A stretch of 64,000 nucleotides of DNA from Camelus ferus. Lineage: Eukaryota. The DNA lies in assembly GCF_009834535.1 (NCBI RefSeq), contig NC_045696.1, positions 34,412,001 to 34,476,000 on the forward strand, in the 5' to 3' direction. The notes beneath the pieces are model-generated. The model saw nothing but the letters and a program-made list of their open reading frames with translations, made no database searches and was not told the origin of the DNA. Position numbers and translations under genes: made by a program. Shown here piece after piece: positions 1 to 13,019 of this stretch. Position 1 is the stretch's first letter; each line of letters opens with the position of its first letter.

Positions 1-250
1 CTTTACAGAAGGATTCCAAATAATATATGTAGATAACTACTGCTTCCAGGAGGTGAAGCTTAATTTCCAACCCCTTCCTTTGAGTGTGAGCTAGACTTAG
101 AATAGAATATTGAAAGACAAAAAATAATAACTTCAAGTGAAAGAAACCTGGTAAAACCACTTCATCCAACATTAACATTACCAGTAATAGCATATAGATA
201 TCATGAACCCTCTAAAAGGATGGGTACATGATATGGGATGAGAAGGGCCC
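1..250 (+). mobile_element. Ancient L1 (L1MC/MD-like) 3'-UTR fragment
   Basis: Motifs 'gaaacctggtaaaaccac...ttaacattaccagtaatag...gatatcatg...gatgagaaggg' resemble recalled L1MC/MD 3' UTR consensus. Confidence 0.6.
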
Positions 251-1485
251 TTCTCATCATTTCAAATTACTTCAAAATAAAATTTATTTTTTACGTACTC
301 ACATATTGATGCCAGTGCTAGGAGAAAGGTGAGTTCCTACTGAAAGTGTTCCCCCACTACATCTCAAATCAATTATTTCTTGATGTCCAGTAAGAAATTT
401 TGTGCATATACACAAAAAGAATGTTTACAGTGGTGCATATTTTAACTTGCATTCAATTTATTAAAATTACAATTTAAATTAGTTCTTAAATCTTCAGAGA
501 GAAATTCTAATAAATGCATATATAAATCTAGTATTTTTGTTAAAGTAAAAACCATGCAGTACTTCCTTGTTCTTTGATCAGTGCTCAATTTACTTGTAAG
601 TTTGACAGATTGATTTCTGCTAAATATTTGGAATCATTTATAAACCCAATTAATTCAATTTCCTTAGACATTTTAAATTAGTTACAAATTTTAACACATC
701 CAAAACCCTCAAGCATTTCAAACACCTAACAAGAAAGATTTACAAATCTAATAAACAATAGTCTCTTAAAATTTAACCACTACTTGTAAATATAAAAAGT
801 CTACATTTCTGGAATATTATAGTATCAAATATTTTAAAAATCAAAAATTACATACAAACAATTTTTATCTTACAGTTATCAGTTTAAAATCATAAGTAAA
901 AAAATGCATCCCTTAATCCCTCTTAAAATGAAAATTCTCACATCAAATAATCCTGAAAAACCCAAATTAAAAACCCTAAGTTTAATTAATCAATCACACT
1001 TTCTTAAATAAATTAAAATGACAAATTCAACATGACAGATCCTCTGATGTCAAATTATCTTTAGCATTTACAGACTTAATGAACAAACTGTACACAAGTT
1101 ATCATGTGGATTAAAAACCTATTCCTAAATTTAACATACATTGTACTATATCTATATGTCTTACTTCCATATTTTCTAAATACTAATATATAAACATTTC
1201 CACAGTTGTGAATGACTTGGAGGGTCATTTGCTGACTACAAGGGGAAGAATGCCAAACAGTGCAGATTTATGGTGTTAGTAAGCAAAGATACCGGCATAT
1301 GGGAATCTGGGTTCATCTTTCAGGATGATTTAGCCAGCACCTTTTTTGCAAAGATCCTTTCTTATAAAAATGGAGCATTCTAAACATCCTTCTTTTCCTG
1401 ACTTTTAATTGTCTGAATAGAACTGAGATTTCGTATCCCTATGCACACTGAAAATAACCTGCTTATTACCTGGTTGATTTATATA

Positions 1486-1532
<47 letters not shown>

Positions 1533-1533
1533 A
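1486..1533. repeat. (TAAA)12 microsatellite
   Basis: Perfect tetranucleotide run read directly. Confidence 0.95.
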
Positions 1534-1534
1534 T

Positions 1535-3433
1535 ATTATTGAAGTATACTCAGTTTACAATGTTGTGTCAATTTCTGGTGTATAACATAATGCTTCAGTC
1601 ATACCTGAATATGCATATATTCTTTTGCAGTCTTTTTCACCATAAGTTACTATAAGATATTGAGTATAAGTCCCTGTGCTATACATATAAACTTGTTGTT
1701 TATTATGTTTGCTTTAGACTGGTAGTCATGTAAGCTCAAACCCATCCTAAGAAGAAGAAAAGAAAAAACTGAAATGAAAAAAAATAAAAAAGAGAAAAAA
1801 ATCTATATTTTCTTGTTCCACTCTCCCACCTTTTATGATTTTGATGTCCTTTTTTTTTTTTAATATCTTCATGCGTATTCTCTTGCAAGTCATTGTAGTT
1901 GTAGCATTTCTAATTATGGTTTTCTCATTTCTATACCTTCCTGCTGATTTTCTATGTAGAGTAGACCTTTCAAGATTTCTTTTAGGACAGGTTTCGTATT
2001 GCTGAATTCTTTCAGTTTTTGCTTGTCTGTGAAATTTTTTCTCTCTCCTTCTATTCTAAAGGATAGTCTTGCCAGATAGAGTATCCTAGGTTGCAGCTTT
2101 TTCTCATTCAGGACTTGGATGTATCTTGTCACTCCCTTCTGGCCAGCAGTGTTTGTGCAGAGAAATCAGCTGAAAGCCTTACAGGGGTTCCCTTATAACT
2201 AACTCTTGGTTTTTTCTTGCTGCCTTTAGAATCATTTCTTTATCTTTAACTTTGGCCATCTTAATTATAATATGTCTTGGTGTAGGTCTGTTCAGGTTCT
2301 TCTTGTTTGGGACCCTCTGTGCTTCCTGTACTTGGATGTCTATTTCTTCCTTTAGGTTTGGAAAGTTTTCAGTCATGATTTCTTTAGATACCTTTTCTCA
2401 TCCTTCTCCTTCAGAAAGCCCTATTATGCATAAGTTGGCATGCTTTATATTATCCCATAGGTCCTTTATATTGCTTTCATTGGTTTTTACTTGTTTTTCT
2501 AGCAGCTGTTCTGATTGGGTGGCTTCTGTTATCCTGTCTTCTAAGTCATTTATTTGTTCTTCTGCATTGTCTAGTTGGCTTTTGACTGCCTTTAGATGGG
2601 CTTTTATTTCAGACATTGAGTTTTCTGTTTTTAATTGGCTCCTCTTTATAACTTCTATTTCTTTTTCGTAGTATTCTGTGTTTCTATTCATAGTCTCTCT
2701 TATTTCCTTCAGTGCTTTTATCATCCCCTTTTTGAAGTCATGATCTAGTAGACTTTTGAGGTCGGTCTCATTGTTTGTTCTTTCAGGGGACTTCTCTTGT
2801 TGTTTTAATTGGGAATAGTTCCTCTGCTTCTTCATTTTACTTGTATTTCTCTGGCTTTATGGATTTAGTAGTATCAGTCATCTACTGTGGTCCTGAAGGG
2901 CTGTTTTTTTGTTGTTTGTTTTTATTTAAAGTGGTAGCATCCCCGTGTAGACTAAATGCATCTAATAGTTTTGTTGCGAGGGCTGTTCTTCGTGTGGATG
3001 GTTGCCACCTCTTTCTTCCATGTATGTTGCTGTTATCCCTTTGGGAGTGTGGTTGGTATTGTGGTATTTAGAGCCTGCCCTGATTGTTGTTGTTGGACAA
3101 TGCCTCCTTTTTTGTTTTGTAGTTGTCACAGCCTTGACAGGGGCCGGGTCTGCTCATCTGTTACTGGAATAGAGGCTTATAGACTCGTTTCTGAGCTGTG
3201 GTGTGTGGTAGGCAGAGTTGGAGCACTTCAGCTGAGAAGAAGAGTCACTGAGTATACCTCTACAGGAGATGTCCACTGGGAGATGCACCTGTGGCTTTGT
3301 CTGTCACTTGTTATATGGGCTTACAGAGTACTCTTTGTTGAAACTGCCTGTATCCCTGTCTTAGCTGCAGAAATGTTGGCCACTGGCTCTGGGGTCCCCC
3401 AGGTTCTGGTCCCCAGGAACCATTTGAACCCTC
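1535..3433 (-). mobile_element. LINE-1 with 5'UTR, frameshifted ORF1, inter-ORF spacer and 3' terminus but no ORF2
   Basis: ORF pieces 2398-2835 (MKKQRNYSQLKQQEKSPE...IKDLWDNIKHANLCIIG), 2179-2376 (ENFPNL...QEAQRVP...PTPRHIIIKMAK) and 1914-2132 (LQPRILYLARLSFRIEGE...LKEILKGLL) are consecutive ORF1p segments. 1535-1703 is an artiodactyl-type L1 3' end ('ttattgaagtata..cagtttacaatgttgtgtcaatttctggtgta'). Confidence 0.9.
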
Positions 3434-4040
3434 TTTATGTTTTACTTGCTTGTCTGTCAGAACCATCATCACTTAAAGTCATTTATTAATACTTTGCTGC
3501 TTCTCAATATATGTCACCCACTTAGCTCCTTTTTTAATAGAGTCTTTTTAACAGGTCATAAAATAACCTGTTCCAGTCTCTGTTTAGTCATTATGCCATG
3601 TCCCTCAAATTCTTTGTTCTGTTCATTAAGACATAATTATTTCAGGGAATTTTTAAACTCAGTTATCAACTTCACAGTTGTCATTGTTTGTTATTAATCT
3701 CTTTAACTACTGTAAAATGTTGGAAGAAACACATTTTAAGTCAAGGTCATGTTCCTTTTGAGCTGCCAACTCTACACATATTCAAATGCAGCATTTTTAA
3801 ATAAAGCAAAATGATATTATTGTGCATCCTTGGGGGCTTTGTTTTGTTTTCATCTATCCTGCAATGAAGAAGTTAGTTTGCATCTGGATCTCTTGGGCGG
3901 AGCTGCAGATATTTTTGTGATGGAGCTAATATCACAATTGTTTAATATAAGAATGATATGCTACCATCGCCTATCAGAAACATCTTTGTCAAAGGATTTA
4001 TAAATAATTGATTAAATCCCTAAAAACAAGGGTCACTAAC

Positions 4041-4122
4041 AGAGAAAAAGAAAGAAAGAAAGACAGAAAGACAAAGGAAGGAGGGCGAAAAAAGAAAGAA
4101 AGAAAAAGGAAAGGAAGGGAGA
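4041..4122. repeat. GA-rich polypurine low-complexity tract
   Basis: Almost exclusively A/G with GAAA/GGAA units. Confidence 0.8.
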
Positions 4123-4659
4123 ATTGTCATTGCTTTTATTACAGAACTATAGATTATTAGATTATAGGTATTTGACATCTGAAAAAGCCTCTTCCAATTT
4201 ACAGATTTCACTAAAGAGGAAACTGAAATCAGACATAGGGCACGATTCTTTGTTGGTATAGCAAATCAGCATTTGACCCTAGATCTCCCGAATCCAGTTT
4301 GACTGTATATACATCAAGCCATGAAGCCTTGATAAGATGCTTACCTTATACATAGTTTCCTCAACCAGAGTTCTTTTGAACATTGATTAATTGGTCATCC
4401 AGTTTTTATTAAACCCAAGTTTTCTCTTTTGGGTGTCCATTTGCTGAAGCAAGTGGTTCAAGCCTCAAATGTAATTTTAGATTTATCCTTATTTGGTTTG
4501 GTAGTGAAGACATTTAACTCTGACTTACTCAAAAAGATTATGAAACAAAGACACAAATATACAGTGCTAATAGATGGTTGAAATAGCCATTTTATTTTCT
4601 CATTTTAAGTTTTTTGAAAAAAGGTCTTGGGAGATGTTCTTTTGCTATGAGCAGTGAAT

Positions 4660-5235
4660 GGTGTTTAGGCACCATTTGGTCTAGATATTCTGGTGCCAGC
4701 TCTGCATTGCAGTGACCGTATAAATCAGTCTGCTGCCTTGTCTGAGCTTCCTTCTCAGGCTCTTCCCATAGCCCACCTGAAAGGTTGAGGGACTCTGTAC
4801 CTAGGACCCAGGCCCAGCTAACCAATCAGATTCTTTCTTCTCTGCGTTTAAATTCGGAGCACAAAATTGTAGCGATAATGTGCTTGACCTGGGAGGTTAT
4901 GAGGTATTGGGGCTGGAATACTGATACTTATATTCACGTAGAGCAAAGGAAGACAATCAACCAAGAGAACATAAAGCAGATTACTGACAGGAGCAGAATC
5001 AAGAAACCACACTCTTCTGAGAGAGACGTGAAGAGCTGGCTTGTGTCCTGGGACTCTTCAGCTTCTGGTCCTCTCCTGTGTGGTTCCAGCTGGAATTTCT
5101 CCCCTGAATGCCATGAGGTTTGATCTTCCCAACGTATTTCTTTTATTGTCCAAATCCATTCTCTTTTGTGCTTATTCTTTTATGCTTAAGTGGGTTTTTA
5201 TTTTTTTGAAATTAAATGATCCCTGGAACAAACAT
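4660..5235 (+). mobile_element. Degenerate MaLR (MLT1-like) LTR
   Basis: 3' end 'tgcttaagtgggtttttatttttt...gatccctggaaca' resembles the MLT1 terminus; 5' boundary uncertain. Confidence 0.45.
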
Positions 5236-5439
5236 TAACTTGCTCTGTATCACTTTGGAAAAGTTGTTATCTTCTCTTACCCTTAAGTTCTAAAACTACT
5301 TCAGTGAAAAGTAGCATGTTTTGTGTGAATACATTGTGGTGATTTTAGTGTCAATTAGTAAATTATTATAATGTATACACAAGTGACACATAATTTTAAT
5401 GATTTAGGATTACATTAAAAATATTGCTTTTAAAACCTT

Positions 5440-5590
5440 GCTACCCAAAGTTTGGTTCGGGTACCAGCAGCATCAGCATCAGCTGGCTCTTGTGCATCTC
5501 AGGCCCCACTCCAGACCTACTGAATCCAAATATATATTTAACAATATCGTCAGGTGATTCATATAGACCTTGAAGTTTAAAAATCACTTT
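5440..5590. mobile_element. MER5-family hAT/Charlie MITE
   Basis: 'ccagcagcatcagcatc...caggccccactccagacctactgaatc...caggtgattcata' is diagnostic of MER5A/B. Confidence 0.8.
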
Positions 5591-7231
5591 GGAGATTATC
5601 CAAAGTATTGACTCTGTGTGTGTGTAATTGTATGTGTAGTCACATAGTGTAATAACTGATAATTCGGGAAGAACTTGACCCATCCTGATTTACTTCAATT
5701 AATTACTGATTATTAGCCCATTAACTATTTATAAGCAAATAGAACTCTGATAAAAGAGTTGTAAAACTTTAAAAAATAGTTTCCTTCTTTCACTTGGATG
5801 TATAGGTACATAGCTTTATTTGACACCTTGCATATACCATTAATGGCTTATCAATACCTTTTGCAGCCTGTCTGTTTTCTGAACCATTATAAATTTGTGA
5901 CTAAAATTATATTGCCTAAATAGTAATCTAGTCTTCAGTTGATCAGTGTAAATAATATAAACATTTTATGGCATAAGGCTAAATAGTAAAAGCATTTCAG
6001 TCTTGGAATTGTATATTTGAAAAGATTTATCTAAACATCTTTTATGCAACATCCTAGTAACTAGTCATTAAAATGAATACAAATAAATTAAGCAGGTTGA
6101 CTAAGTTTATTTATAAAACATCATTAGTACTCTTTGGGCAAAGACAAACATCCAGGGGCATTGATGAAGTTGGAAACTCCTGACCATAATAAGTATGATT
6201 GATTATAAATACAGAAGGATATTCTACAATGTGGATTAAAAACATATGTAATACAGTTGATAAATTTTCTTAATTGGTAGAAGACAAGTGGGTTAAAATA
6301 TAAAAGGATTTGGTACAGATGCTCTTTTACTTCTAGTCCAGTAACGATGTACCTGGGGATTGGGTGATGTACACATAAGCATTAATAGTGTTTTTTACCT
6401 TGAAGTGATTTATTTGGAACCCCCAACCCATCACGCATAATTAAAAGAAAAAAGAACTCTAAACAATCAAAATTGTTGGTACCAAGGAAGCACAAGCATT
6501 AATTCTAGCATATGCATGTGTCTGTTCACGTTCTTTTGCGGGGCTGGGTCGGGGGCGGGGGGGAATGATTCCATGTACAGTAATATCCTTAATTCACAAT
6601 GCATACATTTGAGCAATTCATGAACTCTTTTTTTAAAAAAGATTCCTCAAAGACTCCTAATGCATCCTTAGACTTCCAAGTTTTGCAGATTTGAGAAACA
6701 ACCACCAATTGATTATCTTTTTGACACTTCACTAACATACCAAAGTAAAAGACTGCTAGATTTAAGCACAATGTCAATAGCTGCAGGGGCTCCTAAAACG
6801 CCTGAAGAAGGTTTTAAACCCAGTGGCCTGGGGCCATTTAGCTCGTTAGTTCAAATTTGTACATTAATATAAAACTGGCCTAGGCCAATGGCCCTTTAGG
6901 ACGACTGCTTGGCAGCTCATGACAATAACCAGTGCGTTTTCATGAGACTCATCCTGAGTCATCCCAGGATGCTGTGCTCAGAACGTTATGCTCTGCATAC
7001 TTCCTCTAACAAGACGAGGAATATATTCATCTAAAATGATTACAAGTTGTGTCATTAATTTCATTATGAAGTCACTTAAACAAAGATGTGTTAGTTCCTT
7101 GAAATCAATCACTTGTCTGAACACATTATCTCACCGGCCTTACTTGGCCACTTACCCCTGAATCATCTTCTCTAAGTTGTGTAACTTTTCTGAATTGTTT
7201 GCTCATTTTTGAAATAAGAAAATAAATAGCA

Positions 7232-7447
7232 AAGACTTTGAAGTCAAGCTATCTGGATGTAAATCTCTTCTCTGCATTTGCCAGCTGGGTTACCTTGACC
7301 AAGAAATTTAATCTCCTTCTGCCTCAGTTTCCTCAACCCTAAAATGGGGATAAAATAATCACCACCACATGAGATTGAGTTTAATATGTATAAAGTGCTG
7401 AGAACACTAACACATTAGAAGGGCTACACAAAAGCTGGTTATTATTA
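7232..7447 (+). mobile_element. MIR SINE
   Basis: Core 'ccttgaccaag...ctgcctcagtttcctcaaccctaaaatggggataa'. Confidence 0.8.
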
Positions 7448-9789
7448 ATCGCATCTAGGAGTTTTTGAGAGGCTAGAATAGAATAATGTGTTTAGCACTT
7501 ATTAACATGTTTCCTGCCTCATAATTAAGGATCAGTGCGTATTACTAGTACAACTGTCACTACTGTAGACTTAAAACAGTGAATTAGGTATTTGTTCTGA
7601 AGGATTAAAGGGAGTTAGTTTTCAAAATTCAAAAAACTGTTTTAAAGAGTATCTGCTTAGAAGCAGCAAATGGTGAAAAGGACACAGACTTGATATTAAA
7701 CAGATGTGGGATTTGCCTTTACTAACTGGATAACAGTGACTTCTCTATAGATAACATGAAGTTAACATTACTTATCCTATAATATTCTTGTGAAAATTAA
7801 ATGAGATAATATATATGAAATATCGGCAGAGAATAGATACTCCATCAGTGTTATTTCTTACCTTTTCCTGTTGGGACTGATTTCCCTACCATACAAAATA
7901 CATCTTTGAATTTTACCAAATTAAGAGTAAGTTCAGTTTATAGGAGAAAAGGAATTAAGTTCCTCTAAGTGATTCCTGCTTCTTGTAGTTTTCAACTATC
8001 ATCTTTAAATTGCCTGTTATTTGCCAGACTAAATGGGTAAATCTATCACACTTGCTGATAAAAACGTTTTTATTTAGAGAGCATTCATCATTTTAAAAAA
8101 TTCCTTAAAATGAAGTTAAGACTTTGATGAATTTTTGCATATTTCTAACAGTTTTTAAAATTTGGTATAGATAAGATAAGGGTGAATAACACTGATACCA
8201 AAAAAAAAAAAAATGGTGGAGGGAGAGAAACACTGGCAGGTGGTGTGATGAGTAAGTGATTTACAGTTGTAATGAATTGAAGCCCTTCCAAAAGATGTAT
8301 TTACCAGAAGAGTGCTTTAAATGTCACCTATATTGCTAAATTATAAACACTGAAAAAAATAAAATGGGAAAGAGAAACGATTGTGAATCATTGATTTTCT
8401 CCACTTTGGGGCAATGACATTGATTGCTAGGGAACACTAGGTGGCCTGCTGGTCTCTGAATGTTGCTTTCTCCCAGGGCTACTCAGCTAGGACCTCTTTG
8501 ACTATTTACCTGCTAATGTATTTCACCCCAGAGCCATTAACTAAAAGAGGTTTTCACCTGTTCAGTGCCTATACTAGTGGTCACAGAAGCAGCCTGCGCA
8601 TCCTTCTGAAGCATGAAAGGGGACCTGGAACCTAACCAGGCTTCAGGAAAGGGGTTGACAAGCTAGCTACCGTTTGTCTGATGCCTTATGTGCACTAGGC
8701 ACTGTGCTAGACATCACTGTATTATATTGCCATTCCTTGTATCTTTATTCAAAGTAATCAGCTGAAAGAACACTAAGTGATTTCAATTTAAAAGTGTGTC
8801 TACCTAACAAATTTTTGGACTCTGTAAATGACATACAAAGTATTCTTGGCATCAAAATTGTAATTTGATCTGTTCTCCACTGTCTGTTACACATTTTTTT
8901 TTTTTTTAGAATATCCTGTTGTAGAAACAGTTTCTTCATCTGAAAGGGATCTTGAAAGTAGTTTTGATTTTTCCATGAAATTAGTAAGAGTTTTGTCTAA
9001 ATTAGTTTGTCTGCGCTGGTTCATAATATTGGTGGATGTTTACCATCATAATTTTAATTAAGCAAAGGATTTGTGTTGTGCCTTTAGATTTCCAAGTTCT
9101 TATTTCTGTAGCAAATAACATTGAATGCTCTCTAAGGTGAGTTTTAATTAAAATTGTTAAGAGCATGGCTCTGTTAGAGGACTCTTTCTGTTTGCATTGC
9201 TGCTGAAATTGATGACAGCTACAAAGCTGTCACCAAATAAAGAAAATTTTAATTCTCTAAAATTTAAGCTAAAGTTTCCGCTTTTAGAATAGCCCATTAT
9301 GGTAATTAATATTTTTCTTCAAACTTTTCCTCAAATTGAAAATAACTTTACTTTTTCTGATTATTAAATCAATATAATATTATTGGTATAAAATTATGAA
9401 TACTATACGTTTACATAAATAAGAATGCAAACATCCCCTATAATTCACCTCCAGAAAAATAGCCGTTGCTCATGAGTCTTATTGGCTCAGTGTTTGGGTT
9501 ATTAATTTTTATTAATACAATAAATCCTTCAACTTAGTATGTGAACTACTTGTGGATCATTTTTTATAATTCTTCCATCTTAAATGACTTCTTTAATTAG
9601 CAGATCACATATCAGTTCAACCTTGTCAGACAGGGAGGTTTATTCAGTTTTGTTTGAAAGTTAAAAGTAAAAACCATTTTTAATTTCTTAATGGATATAT
9701 TAATCACATGAAAATATTAGGGTTTTTTTTAGCTTGTTAACTCACATCTGTCCTGTGAAGATTTTACCTTACCTCACTAGTACCCAGTA

Positions 9790-10200
9790 TGGCACAGAGA
9801 AACCCTTGTGATCTGATGGTACCAATTTTTCCAGCCTCAGTTCCTGTTACCTTCCTGTTTCCTGCCCCACCCCACCACCTGACCACCAAACATACACTTA
9901 TGCCCTCTCATAGAAACAACAAGTTTGCTTTATCCAGGCTTCATATTCTTTTAAAACCCTGCACACGTCGTATCTTCACTTCCAATCTATCTTCCCACGC
10001 CAGTCTAAAGCCCTTGCTAGTACCTCTTATTGGAAATTTTCACTGTCTACTCCCAACCAACTTTGTGATGCATATAATTTTATACAACCTGTTTATTATA
10101 CTTATCTCAGTGTTTTATAATTGGATTAAATGTATGTCTCTCCACCATTGTAAGCCTGGCACAGATTAAGTGCTCGATAATTAGCTGATGAATGAATGGA
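9790..10200 (+). mobile_element. L2 3' fragment
   Basis: Ends 'cctggcacag..aagtgctcgataattagctgatgaatgaatgga', the L2 3' terminus. Confidence 0.6.
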
Positions 10201-13019
10201 TGGATAGGTCAATGTAAGAATGATGAATGGATGGGTTGGCTAAATGAATAGAGGGATGATAAAAGTAGATGAATCTATGACTAGATGCATAGTTGGATGG
10301 GTGTAAGTAAAACAAAATGAACTCCCAGAGACAAAGGAATTCTGTTTATTCTGAAGTAAGACCCAAGGTTCTGTCTTCCAAATAAGAGGTGACATGGAGA
10401 AGTATGATGATGACCAAATGTTTAATAATATCAGAGAAGAGGTCAACACTGATATTAATTTTATGCCCTGGAAAAATGTTTTTATAAAGAAGAAAAAAAG
10501 TATTCTGATTATAGTCATTCATATGAACTGTTTATACTTGTATCTGATTATCATTCAAGAAAAAATTATTACATGTGTCATTAAATGTGTCAAATTAGCT
10601 GTTTTGTATATTTATTAGAATAAAAAACAATATGCTTGTGTGTTCAGTACTTATATTATATAATCACTATATTTTATTTTATTTTATAATTATTATCTGT
10701 GAATATTACCCATGCCTCACACTTTCATTAATGGGGCACTTGAGTCCTAGAATTAGTAATGATCTATAGCCAGTCCAGAGACTTCAATATCAGGAGCCTG
10801 TATTTACCATACTTCCTGCTGTTACTCTGCAGCGTTGGGGCAGTGATGATACCTTCCCTAAAGAAAATTCTAGTGAAATAGAATTTTCTAATGGCATTTT
10901 GTATACTTAAGGCAAAAAAAAAGAAGCAAGCATAAAGAATTTAAGAGCATAACCAACACATTCTGCTGCAAGTGTGGGCTATCGACTAATATGTCTTATG
11001 TACCAAGTAAGATATCAAGTGCTAGGGACACAAACATATCAGGCGTGGTTCTTACCTCCCAGATGCCCACAGTCTCAAGGAGAATTTAGACAAAATAAAC
11101 TCCTTTAAATTCTTACCAGGGAACAAGATAGGCTAAAAGTAGAATAAGTGAAGGAGCCCATATTACAACACAGTGTGAGAAGAGCTCCAAAAGAGATTAA
11201 CACATTCTTATCAGGTGGGTTAATTGTCCAGTCTTAGAATTGCAGAATGATAGAGCCTGGAATTCATCTTAGGTCTTTTAGTCCTAGCCTCTCATTTTAA
11301 GATACAGAATTTTCTGGGCCTCATTAGACCCAGAAATATTATATCACTTGGGGGCTTCGGTAAGTCACTCAGCCTTTTATAAATCAGTTGTGCTGATGCT
11401 TTTCCTGGAGACATAGAGGAATGCGTAGAGTTAAAGTGGCAGATGTCATAAAGGTAAATCATTAGCTTACTAGTAACTAGTAGGAAGATTAAGATGGTAC
11501 GTTATTGTAACACAATTCAGTTCTGTAACATTCTAGTTTTTACTAGAAAAAATTAACTTGATATGGAAGATAAACATAATTTTTCATTTAAAAATTCAAT
11601 TAAAATTTCATTTAAAAATTCATTAAAAATATGAAATCGGTCCCTACCACAGTGCTAGTAGGCTGGCTGATACAACTACTGAGACACCTGATCACCTTCT
11701 TCTTTTGAGGGCTATTTCCTTTTACCTGTTTTTTTAATGCTTCTGGTTTACATAAATATAATATTTTTTCATTCTTTAAGTTATAATTGTCTGTCTGCTG
11801 AAATTATTCTTATAAGTAATGTTGCTTACTCATAACTCAGGGAAATTCAAGTTATGTCTTAAAAAAGGGGGTTTGGATATTTGAAAGCTTGACTTAGCAG
11901 TTATTTCTGAGGCAAAACGTTTGTTTCCTGTGGGTATTTTCCCTACCTGAGAAATATGGTCTGTCTCTTTACAAGGGAATTGTTCCCTTTTTTGTTCTGA
12001 AATTGTAGCAGGATTTTGCTATAAGAAATGAAACATAGAATATACTTGCTCCAGAAAGTATGCACTGACATTAAGTTTTCTGTGACAGAATTAATTTTTA
12101 TTTTCCGTGGTTCTATTTAGCCTTATGAATATTTCATTTATCCAATTTAATATAAATATCACAAGTAAGCATCACTTTTTGACAGTGCTGGACAAGCCAA
12201 GTAAACTATTAAAAAAAAAAAAAAACTATTTTCTCAGTCTCAGAAACAAAGGAGAAAAATGCCCTAAGTTTTTGCTGGGGTCTTTTTTGTCATCAATACT
12301 GTTAATATACCATGGTATATTTTAGGTGCATTTCGACCACAACAAGTACTCCCAGAATTCTTTCATCAATACAGCTTTTAAAAAATGTTCACACTAATCT
12401 ATTCTTGGTAGCCAGTTCCTTAATTTTTATTTTACTTGAAGTGAAATGGAAATTGGCTGAATACCTTTTAATTTACAAAGGACTTAGCTGTATATTTATA
12501 AAAATTAAAGCCGACATAGGAAAAGTAAATCATTTTATAATTTTTGAACAGTTTACATTTTAATCTTAAAGAGCCTAGTACAAATATTTGGATTAAGAAT
12601 TAGTATGTCGTTTTTAGATGGGTGAAGTCCATCATTGAATCAAATAAATGAAGACTCCTGTCCACATAGGTCTAATGTGTATGCAAAAAGGCAGATACAA
12701 AACAAAATAAATAACTTCACTGTGTACTGTTTTAAGTGGTGACAAGGTATAAAGAAAAAAGAAGGATGCTAGAGAGTAGCCTAAGTTTAGCATAGCCAGG
12801 GTTTCTCACCGAGAGGACGCCATTTGAACAAGGCCTGAAGGAAGCAATGGAAATTAAGTCATGCAGTTCTATGTATGCTTGATTTAAAAGTGGAACAGTT
12901 TATTGGTATGTGTTTAAAAGATTCAGTGCATCAAATCGTACTTCCCCTTTCTCTTTTGTTTTAGAAGCCTACTAGTGGTAGACGCTATAGAAATTCAAGG
13001 GCCCTGAAGATACAGAATC

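Noticed and set aside
661..1020. G-poor, A/C-rich tract as a NUMT
   Set aside because: Composition is mtDNA-like, but I found no recognisable mitochondrial gene, tRNA or rRNA motif.
2252..3489. Plus-strand ORFs of 98-177 aa
   Set aside because: Antisense shadows of L1 ORF1 and 5'UTR; no recognisable protein.
11583..11630. Four imperfect 12-bp AT-rich repeats
   Set aside because: Low-complexity slippage with no spacers; not CRISPR-like or otherwise informative.
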